Source: Camelus ferus
Taxonomy: Eukaryota
Length of the DNA: 64,000 bases
NCBI RefSeq assembly: GCF_009834535.1
Contig: NC_045708.1
Coordinates: 310,001-374,000, forward strand
Reading direction: 5' to 3'
Translations under genes and position numbers: made by a program
Shown here: piece after piece, positions 12,508-24,720 of the stretch
How the letters are laid out: each line of letters starts with the position of its first letter
Position numbering within the stretch: the stretch's first letter is position 1
Notes under the pieces: model-generated
The model's input: only the letters and a program-made list of their open reading frames with translations
What the model was told of the DNA's origin: nothing
Database searches by the model: none

Positions 12508-14216
12508 TCGGGTCACGTCAGACAGCAAGCTGCCACGGGTGCCAGGGGAAGGCTCTGTACAGCTCGGATCTGCTCCCACGGCTGACTAAGGGTTTTTAAA
12601 AGTTGAGATTTCACACATAGAAGAATAACAACGTTTGTCCAGTAAACTCTATTTGCTAAACATTCTGACTCCCAAGAAAGAGCCTCAGGAAACATGGGAG
12701 TGTCTGGACAAGCCGGCAGCGGACGGAGGGGAGGTCCAGCGTCCAGCACAGCCTGGCAGAGCCACACACGTGGGGGTCTGGGCCCAGCAGTGCAGCACCG
12801 CCACCGGGGTCCACTGTTGGTCGCAGGACGCCAGTGCAGTGGCAGACACAGCGCCTCAGGCACCCACAGGCCAAGCCAGCGCCCGCCCACAGGCTACCCC
12901 AGTGCAGGGCGAGAGGCAGTTGCGTTTCAAGACTCCAAGAGCACAAAATTTAGGAACAAAGATATAATGAAAAACTTTTCACAAAAGCAGGTTGAATACA
13001 CACAATTGGTAAATCAAAGAGCAATTTTAAATAAATTGATCCAAAAATAAAGAATGTCAAGAATGCACGGTCGCCCAGCTACACTGCTGTTTCCTGCCAG
13101 CCTCCAGAGCGAGGTCACAGCGTCTCATCCGGGGGCTCCCAGATGCAGCACCTTCCAAACACCGTGCAGGTAAACTCATTAAGCAGAGACGTGGACCAGG
13201 AAGACATCGGCAATCCAGGGAATCACAGGTCCCAGATCTGAGACGAAGCCCGCCGGCTCTGCCCTGAACCCAGCCGCATCCTTCCCAGTAGCTTCTCCCT
13301 CTGACGCCCAGTCCCCCACATCGTCTTCAAGGAACCTGACATGGATCAGCTGTGAAAAGGAACGTGCGAGCCTATCTTTAGGGCAAACCAAAGATCTGGA
13401 CCAAGTGTAAGGGAAGCCCCAAGTGTACAGAGCCTGCCTGGAGGGTGGGGCCCCATGGGGCTGCTGGCGGTCTCCACCCTCCACCAGCGCAGGAACCGGA
13501 AGACCCCCTGCAGCATGCAGGAGCCTGAAGGAGGCTGCGGGGTGAGGGGAAGCCAGCAGCATGACCGAGAGGGCCAGGCAGCTCAGCCCGATAACGTTAA
13601 GACAACAGCTTGTGGTCACTGAAAGTAAGCAGATTCTCAGCTTCAGCAAATCGAAGCACACGCGCATTAGAACCTGCTTTGTTCTAAGTGAACACAAACG
13701 TGTTTTAAATGCCGAGGCCAAAGCCCAGGTCCCCGACCTGCCGTGCTGTCCCTGGCCAGCTGGCCCCAGGCGCCCCCATCATGCCCCTCGAGACGCCAGC
13801 CTCTGCCTGCTAAGTCAGGGTCCCCAAGACCAAGAATGCACGCAGTGTTGGATAGGCATGGAGTTTTATATTTTTAAGTGACCAAATCTAATAAAATGAA
13901 AAACAGGTTACTAAAACAGGTCCAAAAGATAATACCGGAGATAAGCTATAAAACCAAAGTGTGCAGCCTCCTCATGGACACAGAGCCCCACAGCCCCTGA
14001 CAGACCCCAGGACGAGAACAGGGGCTGGGACCCTCACGTCTCCTCCAAGTCCAAACCACACACTCTGGTTTCTGTTTTCCTTTTAAAGGTTTTAAAAAAG
14101 CTAACCCCAGGAGTCAGGTGGGTCGGGCCCGTGTCCGGCAGCACGTCCAGCCAGCCCGCGTCGAGCTCGGCCCAGCGTCCCTCGTTTCCGACCGCCTCTG
14201 CGGGTCGCGGCGGGGC

Positions 14217-17200
14217 TCACTCCTGCGCTATGCTTCTCAGCACGTATTTGACCGTGTAGGCAAAGGCCGCAAACCCAACTATAACAAACAAGTTCGCCAG
14301 GGCACCACCCAGGAGTCCGTGGTGCCGGTTGGCCTGCTGGAGGCCTGCGAGGTGCGGCCCGGCTCCCGGCACGTGCCCGTTGAGAAGCGGAAGCCCGTTC
14401 TGGCCGTGGTGCGTCTCCCCGTCAGGAACCACGTCCGGTAAGGGGAGAGCCTGGGGTCTGCTACTGAGCTCGTCTTGTGCTTTCTGTTTTTGCTTAATTT
14501 CCTAAGAGAAAAACAGCAAGAAACAAGGGTTGGTCTAGACAAATTGGTTCCTTCAGGACCAGGAAAGGGTCTCGAGTCGACCACAAAGACCCTGCCAAGT
14601 CAGCAGCAGCAGCTAGTCCTGTTTACAGATGCGGAGCCAAGTGACCTGTCAAACCACCGAGCCTGTGGACCGAGCCCTGGACCGAGCCAGGCGCAGCGGT
14701 GCTGAAACGCCACAGCCCTGGCCTTGTGCGGCTCAGCCACGTTCCCAGTGGCCATTCTGGCCCACACACCAGGACCCTTCCCACCACTCCCGGCTCACCC
14801 AGAGCCTCCGCAGGCCCAGCCCCCGACCCCCGACCTCTCCCCACCTTGGACCCACCATCTAAGCCAGGTGCCCTGAGGAGGGGGCCTTGAGGAGGGGGCA
14901 GGTCTGCTGTGACTGCCCACGTGCACCCCGCCCCCGTGCTCTAGGTCCACAGTGCAGGGACACATGGGAGCACACGTTCTCTTTGGAAAGAACTGAATTG
15001 AAGTGTTCCTGGCATGGGGAAAGCCAAATTGCCAACTTTCACTTTCTTACCTCCACAACTTCAGGAAATAATTCACAAAAGACTTTGTCTTTTAAATTAA
15101 ACACTAAACTTTGTGCAGCCAGTTGTCTTTTCTAGGAAGAAAGAAAAGGGAAGTATCAGCCTGAAGGCGCATTTCAAGTCTGCCGCATTCTGAGACAGAG
15201 CGCTTCACTGTGAGGGCTGCTGTCGCCCTGCCCTGGGAGGCGCTCCATGAGCCTGCTCCGCACAGCAAACCAACCTGCAGGTTCACAGGCTGCTTATCTT
15301 CCTGTACCACCACCATGTTAGGCTTGGTTCCCACATAAAACAAAAGAAAAATAAAAACCAGGCACCAAGGAGCAGCCATCCTGACTGGGCGTGACAGCTG
15401 AGGAGGAAAAGGGCCCCGGAGCGGAGGTCTTTGCAGGGGTGCCCAGGCCCCCCCCCCCCCGCCACGAGCCTGGCTNNNNNNNNNNNNNNNNNNNNNNNNN
15501 NNNNNNNNNNNNNNNNNNNNNNNNNNNNNNNNNNNNNNNNNNNNNNNNNNNNNNNNNNNNNNNNNNNNNNNNNNNNNNNNNNNNNNNNNNNNNNNNNNNN
15601 NNNNNNNNNNNNNNNNNNNNNNNGCCTGAAAAAAAGGGACCCAGTCAAAGTGGTGCATGCTCGTCACGACCCCAGTCCGCTTCAGGAGCACCGCAGGAAG
15701 ACCTTACCGTGTGTTGCACTTAAATCTTCCATTGGGAGTTATCATATAAATACTAGGAGGTTTAAAAGGAAATTCTCTGGGAAAAATTAGTTTTCCATGA
15801 TAATAGCCACCTGTATCGAAACACAAGGAGCCTTGTTATTGTCCTCAGCAGGACAGCCCGCACTCCCCTCAGCCTCCCAGCCCTGCCACCCACCAGCCTC
15901 CCAATCCCCAAGCCCACCAGCCAACCATCCTGAACACACACGTCTTGCTGAGGTCTCACTGGGGATCGTGACCACCAACCAAGGGGGAGCCCTTGCCCTC
16001 CATGGCTACCGCACACCCCTCCTTGACCCTTAAGCACCCCCTCCCCAAGAAGAGCATCTGGACAGACCCTGCACAGGCTCTCCACTGGCCCCATGTCCAC
16101 CCCAAGAGTGGTCCCCTCTCTCCCGTGCCACCTGATTCTCCTCCACCAAACTACACCCAGAAGCAAGTGAGCCCACCACAGTCTCTCCCACCTTAAACAC
16201 AAAGACGAGTCTGACCCCCCACTCCCCTCCAACCCTGCCCACTGCTCCCTCTGCTTTACCTGAAATCCCTGACCTACCAGCCATCAAACACCCCACCGGG
16301 GCTGTGTGACCATGTCTCAGGCTCACAACCACCTCAAAGCACCCCCACCCCACCAGCTCTTCCCTCGGTACCGTAAATGACCCTCTAACTGGCACCTGCA
16401 CCTGGACTTCTGGAACCTTCCTCAAACGCCAGACCTGTGTGCTGACCATCCAGGTGACACTGCCCCAGCACGTCCAAGATGGAATGCATGCTGTTTCCCT
16501 CCAACAGCAACTCCATCCTTGTAGTTACTCAGAGTAAAATCTGGGAAGCCCCCTTGCCCCCAGATCACACCCCTCCATCAGCAGTCCCATCAGCCCCACC
16601 TCCAGCCAATCCAGCACCCGGAGCTTTGGGTGACCTCACAGCTTCCATCCCTGCCCACCCAGCTTGAGGTCGCACTGGTCATCCCCAGTCAACGCCTCAC
16701 ACGGTTGCTCTCAGGGCAGCCCTGAGAGGCTGCTGGAAACGCAGACCCTAGGGCCTACCCCAGGCTGGATGAGCAGAAGTGCACATGACAGGCTCCTACG
16801 CACATGTGCGTGCATGCACGTACAGTGAGGCTGGGGGGCGCTGCCATGCCCTCCCCCCAGGATTCCCTGCGGCCCCCCAGCACATGGGCACAATCCCGCC
16901 CCAAAGATGGGGATACACAGGCCCGGAATTACCACAGGTCTCTGCTCCAGCGCCACGCCAGTGGTAAGGCGTGCTCCACCCCCCACCCCCTGCAAGGCTT
17001 TCCCTTCTACCCTGCGCTGCCAGTAGTGGAGGGCTGACCAGAGCCAGTGTCACCTGTAAGGCCACCTCAACAGGAAGACAAGCCGACGACTGAGGGATAA
17101 ACTCTAGAGGGGACACTCAAAGCACACCCACCCTCAGAACCAGCGAGAACAGCCAAACTGGAAGACGAGCAGGAGGCACAAACAGGCGCTCTTCCCAGGA

Positions 17201-20200
17201 AGGAGCGGGAGCAGCCCGCTGCACTTCTCAGCCTGATCAGGACACAGCTCCAACAGCAGGGACGGGCGCCCTCCTGCGGAGGGGAGGGAGGCGGGAGGCA
17301 GACCTGGCCTCCTGGGCAGGACGACCCACCGGCAAACAGGCCTCTGGACACTCGCAATGACCCGGCCCTCCTACCTCTTGTCATCCACCTGAGAAATGCA
17401 ACCAGCATGCCAGGTGAGGTCGCACATACCTGCCTGTCCTCAGGCAGGACCCTGCAGGTGCGAACCAAGGAGCAGAGCCGCAGGCGGGGCCACAGCCGGG
17501 GAGGCCTGCCACCCTCCCCACACCCGGATGTGCTGCTCTGAAGTGCAGACAAGAGATCCAGGGAGGGGTATCCTGAGGGCATGAAGAAGCCAGGCAGGGC
17601 TCTACTCGCCTGCCCTCTGGGGCACTTGACCCCTGGCCCGCAGCTCCTTCCTGCTTCTTTCCAAGTGTCCGTGGTGGTGGTGATGGGGCAGGGGGGGCCC
17701 TGAGCCAGGATCCTGGGACAGGAACCACCGAGAGGACCACGGCCCTGAAAGGCTGGGCTCGGAGGGTCGAGGGAGAACCATGCCACACTTCCTCCACTGA
17801 ACTGCTTTTGCAACGCAGTCAGAAATTCCGTGGCCCAAGTTCTGAGGGGCGATCCTGGGCTCTGCTCTGTCCCATGGACCCACATCTCCCTTCAGACACC
17901 ATACCATCCAATCAACGGAACTGCACTGCAAGTCTCAAAATCGGGCAGAGTGACTCTTCCCATCTTATTATTTTAAAAAATTATTTTAGCTCTTCTAGGT
18001 CTTTTGTTTTTCCATGTAAGTTTCAGAACAACTTTTTAAAATAAGCTTGTGCATGTCTACAAAAAACTGTTACGGTTTTGACGGGATGGTATAAAACCTA
18101 CAGCTTACACTTGCCTAACGGGAAGCCCATCTGAACCATAAGACGTGTGTCTGGAGCAGCACCAGCTCGGAGCCCGGAGCAAGGACAGGCTCAGTGGGCA
18201 ACCAACACAGAGCCAGACAGACGTGGAGGTGGGAGGGCAGCCACGAGACTGGGAAGGAAAGGCCAGGATATCCAGAAGTCAGAGGAGCAAATGAAGGGGA
18301 GGCCAGAGTCCACACAGGTCCAGACACTTGAGGCCTGAGGGCCCTCTATCAAACACGGTAACTTTGAGGGTCCCTAGGAGACCCTGATGAAGGCAGTCAG
18401 CAGAGGGTGGAGCTGCAGGGAACAAAATGTGGCCGAGCTGAGGAGGGGACAGGCAGCAAGAGAGGGCAAAACAGCAGGTGCTGAGGAGAAAAGGGGAAGA
18501 GGGGCAGCAGAGGGGAGGGGGGAGGGGACAGAGGAGGGGAGGGGCAGGGGGGAGGGGAGGGGCCGTGGAGGGGAGGGGGCAGTGGGAAAACCTGTCTCTG
18601 AAGGGACTCTACAAGGTCTGGAATTTTCACAGCCTGAGGACCAGGAACAGTAGAGAAACACGCAGCAACAAGAACAAGATGTTGGGTCTGGAAAGGCAGG
18701 GACTTTTACTGAGAATGAGGGGCTGGGGGGGGGGGTCGAGGGTCTCCTGCAGTCCCAGCCCCTACACACCTCCTCCCCCGCCGTCTCCATCCACCCCTGT
18801 GCAGGCGTCAGCCTCACACACCAGCAACAGTTCAGGCTGGTCTTGGGGGGTGGGGGTGGGGAGCCTGGTTACACCATGAATGTTCACTACTGTTGACAAA
18901 ATACTGAAACCACAGAGAACAAAAAAACTTAAAACCTAGCACAATCCTACTTGGGAGAGAGACCCCTGCTCCTCCCTGGGGTCTATTCAAGTTGGGCAAA
19001 CACTCAGCACATGTTCACTAGGCACTTCACCACGAGGTGCACAAGCTGTCCACAGCCTGGCTTCAGCCCTGCTGCTGGGAACCCCACACAAGGCCGTCAC
19101 CAAACCCATCACCCTGCTGTTGGGCATTTGGGGGTCCCCAATGTAACACTCTAGTAACATACCCAGCCTACAGATACGCCTCTGCACGCGGGTTTCCCTA
19201 GGTCAGATCATCCCAGAACAGGGATTCCTGGGCCAGAAGAGAGTCCCGTAAGGCTGGTGACACATCTGCCAAACTGCCCACGGTGCTCCTGAGGGTCCAG
19301 AGAGCCCGCACTCCCTCCTCAGCAGCACATCCAGTGACATCATACGCAACCCCCTACATGTGCGTAGACAAGAGTGTGCCCCTCTGGCCACTTGAAGTCA
19401 GGGGCCAGGGGCCAGACAACTGCCCACCTGGCCCCAGCTCTGCCCTGGGCTCAACCTGGCCCAACCCTGGGCTGGCACTAGGCTCCCCTCAAGCCCCTGG
19501 AGACTCGCTGACTGCCAGCTCCAAGGTCTACTGTGCAGACACCAAAGGACACTGGGGGCATCACCTGACCCGGCAGGTCCTGCAGCCCCCATGTCCCAGT
19601 GCCCTATCCACACTGGGGCCCGCGGCTGACTCAGAGGGCTTAGGAGAGTGAGCGCTCAGAAAATGACCTTTTGTTCCTTTGACAACATACATCCTGGCCT
19701 GAAAAACAGCAGGAGACCAGCCACATTTTACTTTTATCCAGTCTGTTCTCAGAGCTCTGATCCCACTGACACTGGACATACTTACAGAAATCCCTGAAGA
19801 CCAAGACATGTTGCAAAACCATTCTCTGAGCAAACACTTCTAGGACTTGGGGAAAACTACAATGAGCTCCAACTCAGTCGTCTCATTGACATGCACACAG
19901 ACAGAGTGGTGTTCACAACTGACACACATGCACAGAGAGAGTGGCGTTCACAAGCAGAAGGTGCGTGGTCTGCTGGGGGCACAGAAGCTGCCTCTCGTCC
20001 CATAACTCAGGGCAAAGACTTACCTTCATAGGGGGTCATCTCAGGGCCTCGGACCACATAGTGCCTGAGGGAGAAAAGAAAATCAGTTGGCTTCAGGGAT
20101 GGAAGACTCCAAAATCTGAGTCACCCCAAGGCCGGGGATTCTAGGGTCCACCCGATGCTCAGCAGTGAAGTGAAGCTCAAACCCAGCCCGGCTACGCAGC

Positions 20201-22581
20201 TCCAAAGCTCTCCAGTCCCTTCGTGCTGCCATAACGGATCAGAGACTGTGTCCTCCAAATCTTCACAAAATTCTCTGCAGCCACAACAAAGTAAGCAAAA
20301 AGATAATCCCCTCTAACCAAAAATCAAAAAAGTTTTAACTGCACAATTTATTCTTGAGATGTACCTGAAAACCAGTATCTTTCAGTGTGCCCCAGTATCA
20401 CGCTGTAGCTAAACCGGGACAGCCATAGACGTGAGGAGGCTGTGCCCCCAGCACCAATGTCCTGGAAGAACCAGACAACCTCAGAGGGGCTGTCCTCTGG
20501 CAGCAGGGACCGGGACAGCCCGTGATTGTCACCAGAGTCCTCACACGGAGGGAGCCTCAACCAGAAGCAGCAACCCTGGACTCCCATCTTCCACACAAAT
20601 AGAGGCTTCAGCTCTGCATCAAGAAGGGTTTGAGCTTATGAATTTTCAAAGAAAACAGAAGTGCACAAAGAAGAAAGAACTAACCAGAAATACCAGATAA
20701 GACAAAACTGCACACATGCTGGTCCCTCCAAACACTGCTTCCCACCAGGATATTCTGACATCGGGGATCACACCAGCCCTGCTACCGGCTGGCTGATATA
20801 TTTCACTCAAGAAATACTGTCATCCCACGTCAGCGGGTCAGGAACACACATGGGAACGGTCCTTAATTGGTTACTGCTCCCGATTCCTGTGCCCAGTGTG
20901 AGGACACTGGGAAGAACTGGTGAGCAGTGCCCCAAGAGCGTCCAGCAGCCCTGGGGCGATACAGTGAGAAACACTGGGAGGCCAGGCCTCTTCCCAAAAA
21001 GCACTCTCTTCTCCCAGCTGAGAGGACAGACAACCACAGCCGAGCAGAAGGGCCTGCACACAGGGCCCTTCACCCTGTCCTCAACTGGCAGCTGGGAACT
21101 GGAATCCAGGGGAGTCGCACCATCTCAATGGCATCTAATCTGTTGGCGCAAACAATGTGGTTAATGCTGACAGGAAGCCTGCTTTCCCGCTGGGAGTCTG
21201 GAATATCAGAAGGCACCAGGCAGGGGTGCCCCCGTGCCCCACCCCCAACTGAAAACGCTGCTGCCAGGTCGGAGGGGCTTCCTGGTAGACAGCACCACAC
21301 ACGTGTTGTCACAGGTGACGGGACGCACAAGCTCCAGGGGACCCCACCCTGCGCCTCTTCCCTTCACTGGCTCTGCTCTGTCTTTTCACTGCAATAAACC
21401 TTTGCGGCAGGTCCTCCCAGCACATGATACAACCTGGAACCCAACTCAGCTGCAGGAGGGGTTCCCCACACAATAAGGACGTCTCCTCAACTGCCACAGA
21501 ACTGTCCCTCCATCGGACAATGACGTCCTGGGAACCACACTTGGTTTCTGTCATCTGGGGGCAGGGAGAGCTCTGCCGGCCTCCCCTGAGAACCCTCCAT
21601 CCCACTCAGAGCTGGCCCTTCTCTGTAAGCTGAGGAGGATAGACCCAGAACCCTTGAACACCTCTCCAACCTGGAAAACACTTCCTTTTAACTCAGTTAA
21701 ACCTCTTTTCTCTAGATTAAAAAAAAATTAAAAGTTCTTGTTAAGATTAAGACATAAAACCCTTCAGGGGAGGGTACAGCCTGAAAGCGTGTGCTTAGCA
21801 CGCACAAGGTCCAAGGTTCAATTCCTCAGCACCTTTGTGTAAAGAAAGAAACCTAATTACCTCCCCCTAAAACAAAAAACAAACAAACAAAAAAAAATTT
21901 TTAAAAAGTAAGTAATGAATCATTAAAAATAAATAAAACAAAATACCTTCTAAACAAAGAGAAAATGCTCCTAAACACTCCTGGCAGCACGGCAGTGTGG
22001 CAGGAAGGAGCTGCTGTAAGCACAAGCCCATGAGGCCTGCAGTGCGGCCATCAGGACCCTGGAGGCTCTGTCACCAACTCTCCAGGGAGGACAGGACACA
22101 CACGGCACCAAGGAGCAAAGGGCAGAGGAGAAGCATCCACACACAGAGCTTTTCCTCCAAAAGCCAGGAGATCTGCAGGCCCAAAGCCTCCCCTACAGAC
22201 CCTGCAGGCCCAGGGCTCCCGCAGGAAGGACCCTCCCTCCAGCCCCAGCATGCAGGGGTCAAGGAGAGCCCCGCCACATCCCCGGCTGCTACGCATTATG
22301 ATGATGACCAGAGTGACTGCAGGCCTCAGAGTCCACTCACACGTGAAAAGGGTGCGGGGCCCCTTTCCCGCACTGTAATGGGCCCACCCAGCCCGACCCC
22401 AGAGAACCCGGCTGATGGGGGTGCAGCTGAGGGCGGACACAGCGCCTTACCACTCAAGAATGTTGGAAGGGAGGGGCTCAGCACAGATGTAAGGCACAGG
22501 GTCTTTCTTAATTCGAAGATAGTCCTGCTTGAGTCGCTGGGTTGCTGTTGTTGGAGCTCTCTTACTGCTGTTGTTGCTCAT
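14217..22581 (-). CDS. UBE2J2: Ubiquitin-conjugating enzyme E2 J2 (ERAD, tail-anchored E2), 259 aa
   Basis: Exons: 22451-22581 ([31 protein letters not shown]), 20024-20064 ([13 protein letters not shown]), 15708-15810 ([33 protein letters not shown]), about 15487-15625 (acceptor visible at 15626-27, body hidden by the N-run; 139 nt inferred), 15051-15131 ([27 protein letters not shown]), 14217-14501 (C-terminal TM segment [21 protein letters not shown]). Total 780 nt with the inferred exon. Confidence 0.96.
15476..15623. other. 148-nt N-run hiding a UBE2J2 coding exon
   Basis: Directly seen. The exon acceptor and first 2 exon bases abut the right edge of the gap. Confidence 0.95.
16000..16700 (+). 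mobile_element. Degenerate LINE-2-like fragment
   Basis: C-rich tract with remnants resembling the L2 3' region (cacgtccaagatggaa...ccatccttgtagttactcagagtaaaatctgggaagcc). Recognised by eye; boundaries approximate. Confidence 0.45.
18493..18586 (+). repeat. Purine-rich G-tract low-complexity repeat (GGGGA/GGGGC units)
   Basis: More than 10 runs of 4 or more G in about 95 nt, in a UBE2J2 intron. Confidence 0.8.
21130..21472 (+). mobile_element. LTR remnant, MER21-like
   Basis: gggagtctggaat...cttcctggtagacagcaccacacacgtgttgtcaca...ttcactgcaataaa...ccccacaca resembles the recalled MER21 consensus 3' half, including the internal AATAAA and terminal CA. Needs Dfam confirmation. Confidence 0.55.
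21767..21945 (+). mobile_element. tRNA-Ala-derived SINE (camelid Vic-1-like), diverged copy
   Basis: ggggagggtacagc...gtgcttagcacgcacaaggtcc..ggttcaattcc head, shared aaacctaattacctcccc segment and A-rich tail. Same family as the copies at 60924 and 62615. Confidence 0.8.
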
Positions 22582-22937
22582 CTGTGGAAAGCAAACACCA
22601 CCGTTTACAAAGAACAGAGTCCCTGATCGCCTTCGCCACCCACAGCCTCAGCCGCCCCACGTCCGCCGTAAGGTCTGCACCCAGCACTCCTGCTGGCTTC
22701 ACCCTAGCCGCCCAGAGTCCAGGCCCGTGGGCCGTCTTGACTTGCCCACACCCTCAGACACCGGTAGGCCTGGCAGGTTCTCCTTTTCCTGCTACTACCT
22801 TCGCCTACGTGACGCCATCAGACGCAAAGGGTAAGAAAACCCTGCAGCCTCACTCCTGCCCACAAAGAACTAGACAGAAAGACAGACGTCCATTTCCAAG
22901 GGTCATAGGGGGATGCACCCAAGCAACCCCGGACGTC

Positions 22938-23047
22938 CCTCCAGCTCAGGGCTGGGCGGCGCCACGCGCAGGGAGGGGCACCCACGGAAACATGCCCCCA
23001 CCTCCGTGCCTCCAGCTCAGGGCTGGGCGGCGCCACGCCACGGAAAC
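22938..23047. repeat. Direct repeat: 30-bp exact unit duplicated at 71-bp spacing
   Basis: cctccagctcagggctgggcggcgccacgc at 22938-22967 and 23009-23038, each followed by ccacggaaac. Confidence 0.85.
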
Positions 23048-23999
23048 GAGCCCCTACCCCGTGAGAGCCTGCTTACCACTGGTCACAAGAGGGTGGGAGG
23101 AATGGGGAGTGGAGGAAGAGCCTCTGACACTGGAGAAAGGGATGGAGACCCCTGAAAGACTCGCACACGCTGGGCAGAGGAGCAGGAGTGCCTTCCAGGG
23201 AGAAGGAACGACAGGTGGGCAGACGCTAACACAGCAAGGTGTGTCTGACGGACAGCACTGGATCACTGCGTCAGGAGCCAAAGCAGGGACTGGCAGCTGA
23301 CAGGCTGGCCAGGGAGGCAAGGCCAGGCCGTCAAGCAGCACTTCAGAAAGATTTTATGCTCAAGTCTTAAGGCAGATTAGATCTTCTGTTAGAAAGGTCA
23401 CTCTGGTGGTTCAGCACAGGACGGATGGGACAGACAGGACAGCGTAGGAGGGACAGGAAAGGCAGGACAGTACCAAAGGCGGGGGACCGGGAGTGATGAG
23501 GCAGCCATCGTTCAAGAGAAGAGACGTGGCCTGGAGCAGGGAACCCTGGGACACCTCAGCTATGCTCCAGAGGTGGGAAGCGGGGCAGGGATGTGGAGGA
23601 CAGGACTCCCCACTCTCACAGGCCCCAGAGCAGCCCCAACTAGACCTGCTTAGCGTTAGTACTTCTTAGCGCTTGACGTTAGTAGTACTCTCGTGTGAGA
23701 AGCAAAACTTCGCACAATGTAAGATGGAAAAGCAAAAAAGTTCTACGAAAAATTATGTGTGAAAGCCACTGGTCCAAGCCATGGTGGAGACAGACGACGC
23801 ACAGAGTGTGCAGCGCAGAGATGGAAAAGGGCAGAAAGCGCATCCAGGGTGGAGGGGACACGGACCGGATCTGACAGGAAGGGAAGAGCCAAACCCAGCC
23901 CGCTCACCTCTGAGCACCCACACTCTGCCCGAGTGTTCCCAACCCACCTTGCTGTAGCGCCTGGCATCGGTGGCCAGGATCTCCACCCAGACCTCCCTC

Positions 24000-24720
24000 A
24001 CCATGCCCGCCTCCTCACTCAGCCTGGGGCCTCTCACTCCCAGCTCCCAGGGACCACCACACACTCACTCCTTCCCTCTCGTCAGTCTTTGCCCACATGA
24101 CCCCACCAGAGGTCATGGCCCTGGCCTCGCCGAATTCTCCTCAGAGCACTCTCCCACCAGACTATGACCAGGGCTCAGTGCCTCACTGCACCCCCAGGGG
24201 GTCCTCCAGCACGCATCATGGCCCAGACCTGCTTCCTGCTCTGCTAAACCTCGGCTTCTCGCTCCCCCTCCTTCCCATCCCACCACACACACCTTGAAGC
24301 ATGATCCGTCCGTCTTCCCACAAGCTACCACAACAGCCTTCCTGCTGGCCTCCAGGCTCTGGCCTCTCCCCATTCCGTCCACCTTGTACACTGAAGTCAG
24401 ATTAACTTTCTCATCACACAGTTCTGACTGCAACCCTTCAGAACTCACCCAGAGCCAAGCACATAAATGTCAACGCCTCTCTCTGGCTGCAAAGTCCTCT
24501 AAAGAGCAGTCCCAGACAGCCTTCTAGTTCCTGACTCCTAAGGCCCCTGACACGGCCTGAGCCGAACGGCCTTCTCACCCTCACTGTACAGCTACCTTCC
24601 AGCCCAGACTCCACTGGCAAAAAAAAACTCACCTAGGCCCTTCCAAGCCTAGCTTGAAAGCTAGTCTCTTAAAAGCCTCCCTGATTCCCCCAGACTAAGG
24701 CCTCCCTGCAACCCAGCTCC
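24000..24720 (+). mobile_element. Degenerate LINE-2-like fragment
   Basis: C-rich sequence with L2 3'-end-like remnants (aacccttcagaactcacccagagcc...ctctctggctgcaaagtcctc). Boundaries approximate. Confidence 0.45.

Noticed and set aside
13179-13721. 180-aa ORF in the UBE2J2 3'UTR and an ATG-less plus-strand frame at about 13180-13410
   Set aside because: No good start or splice context and no recognisable homology.
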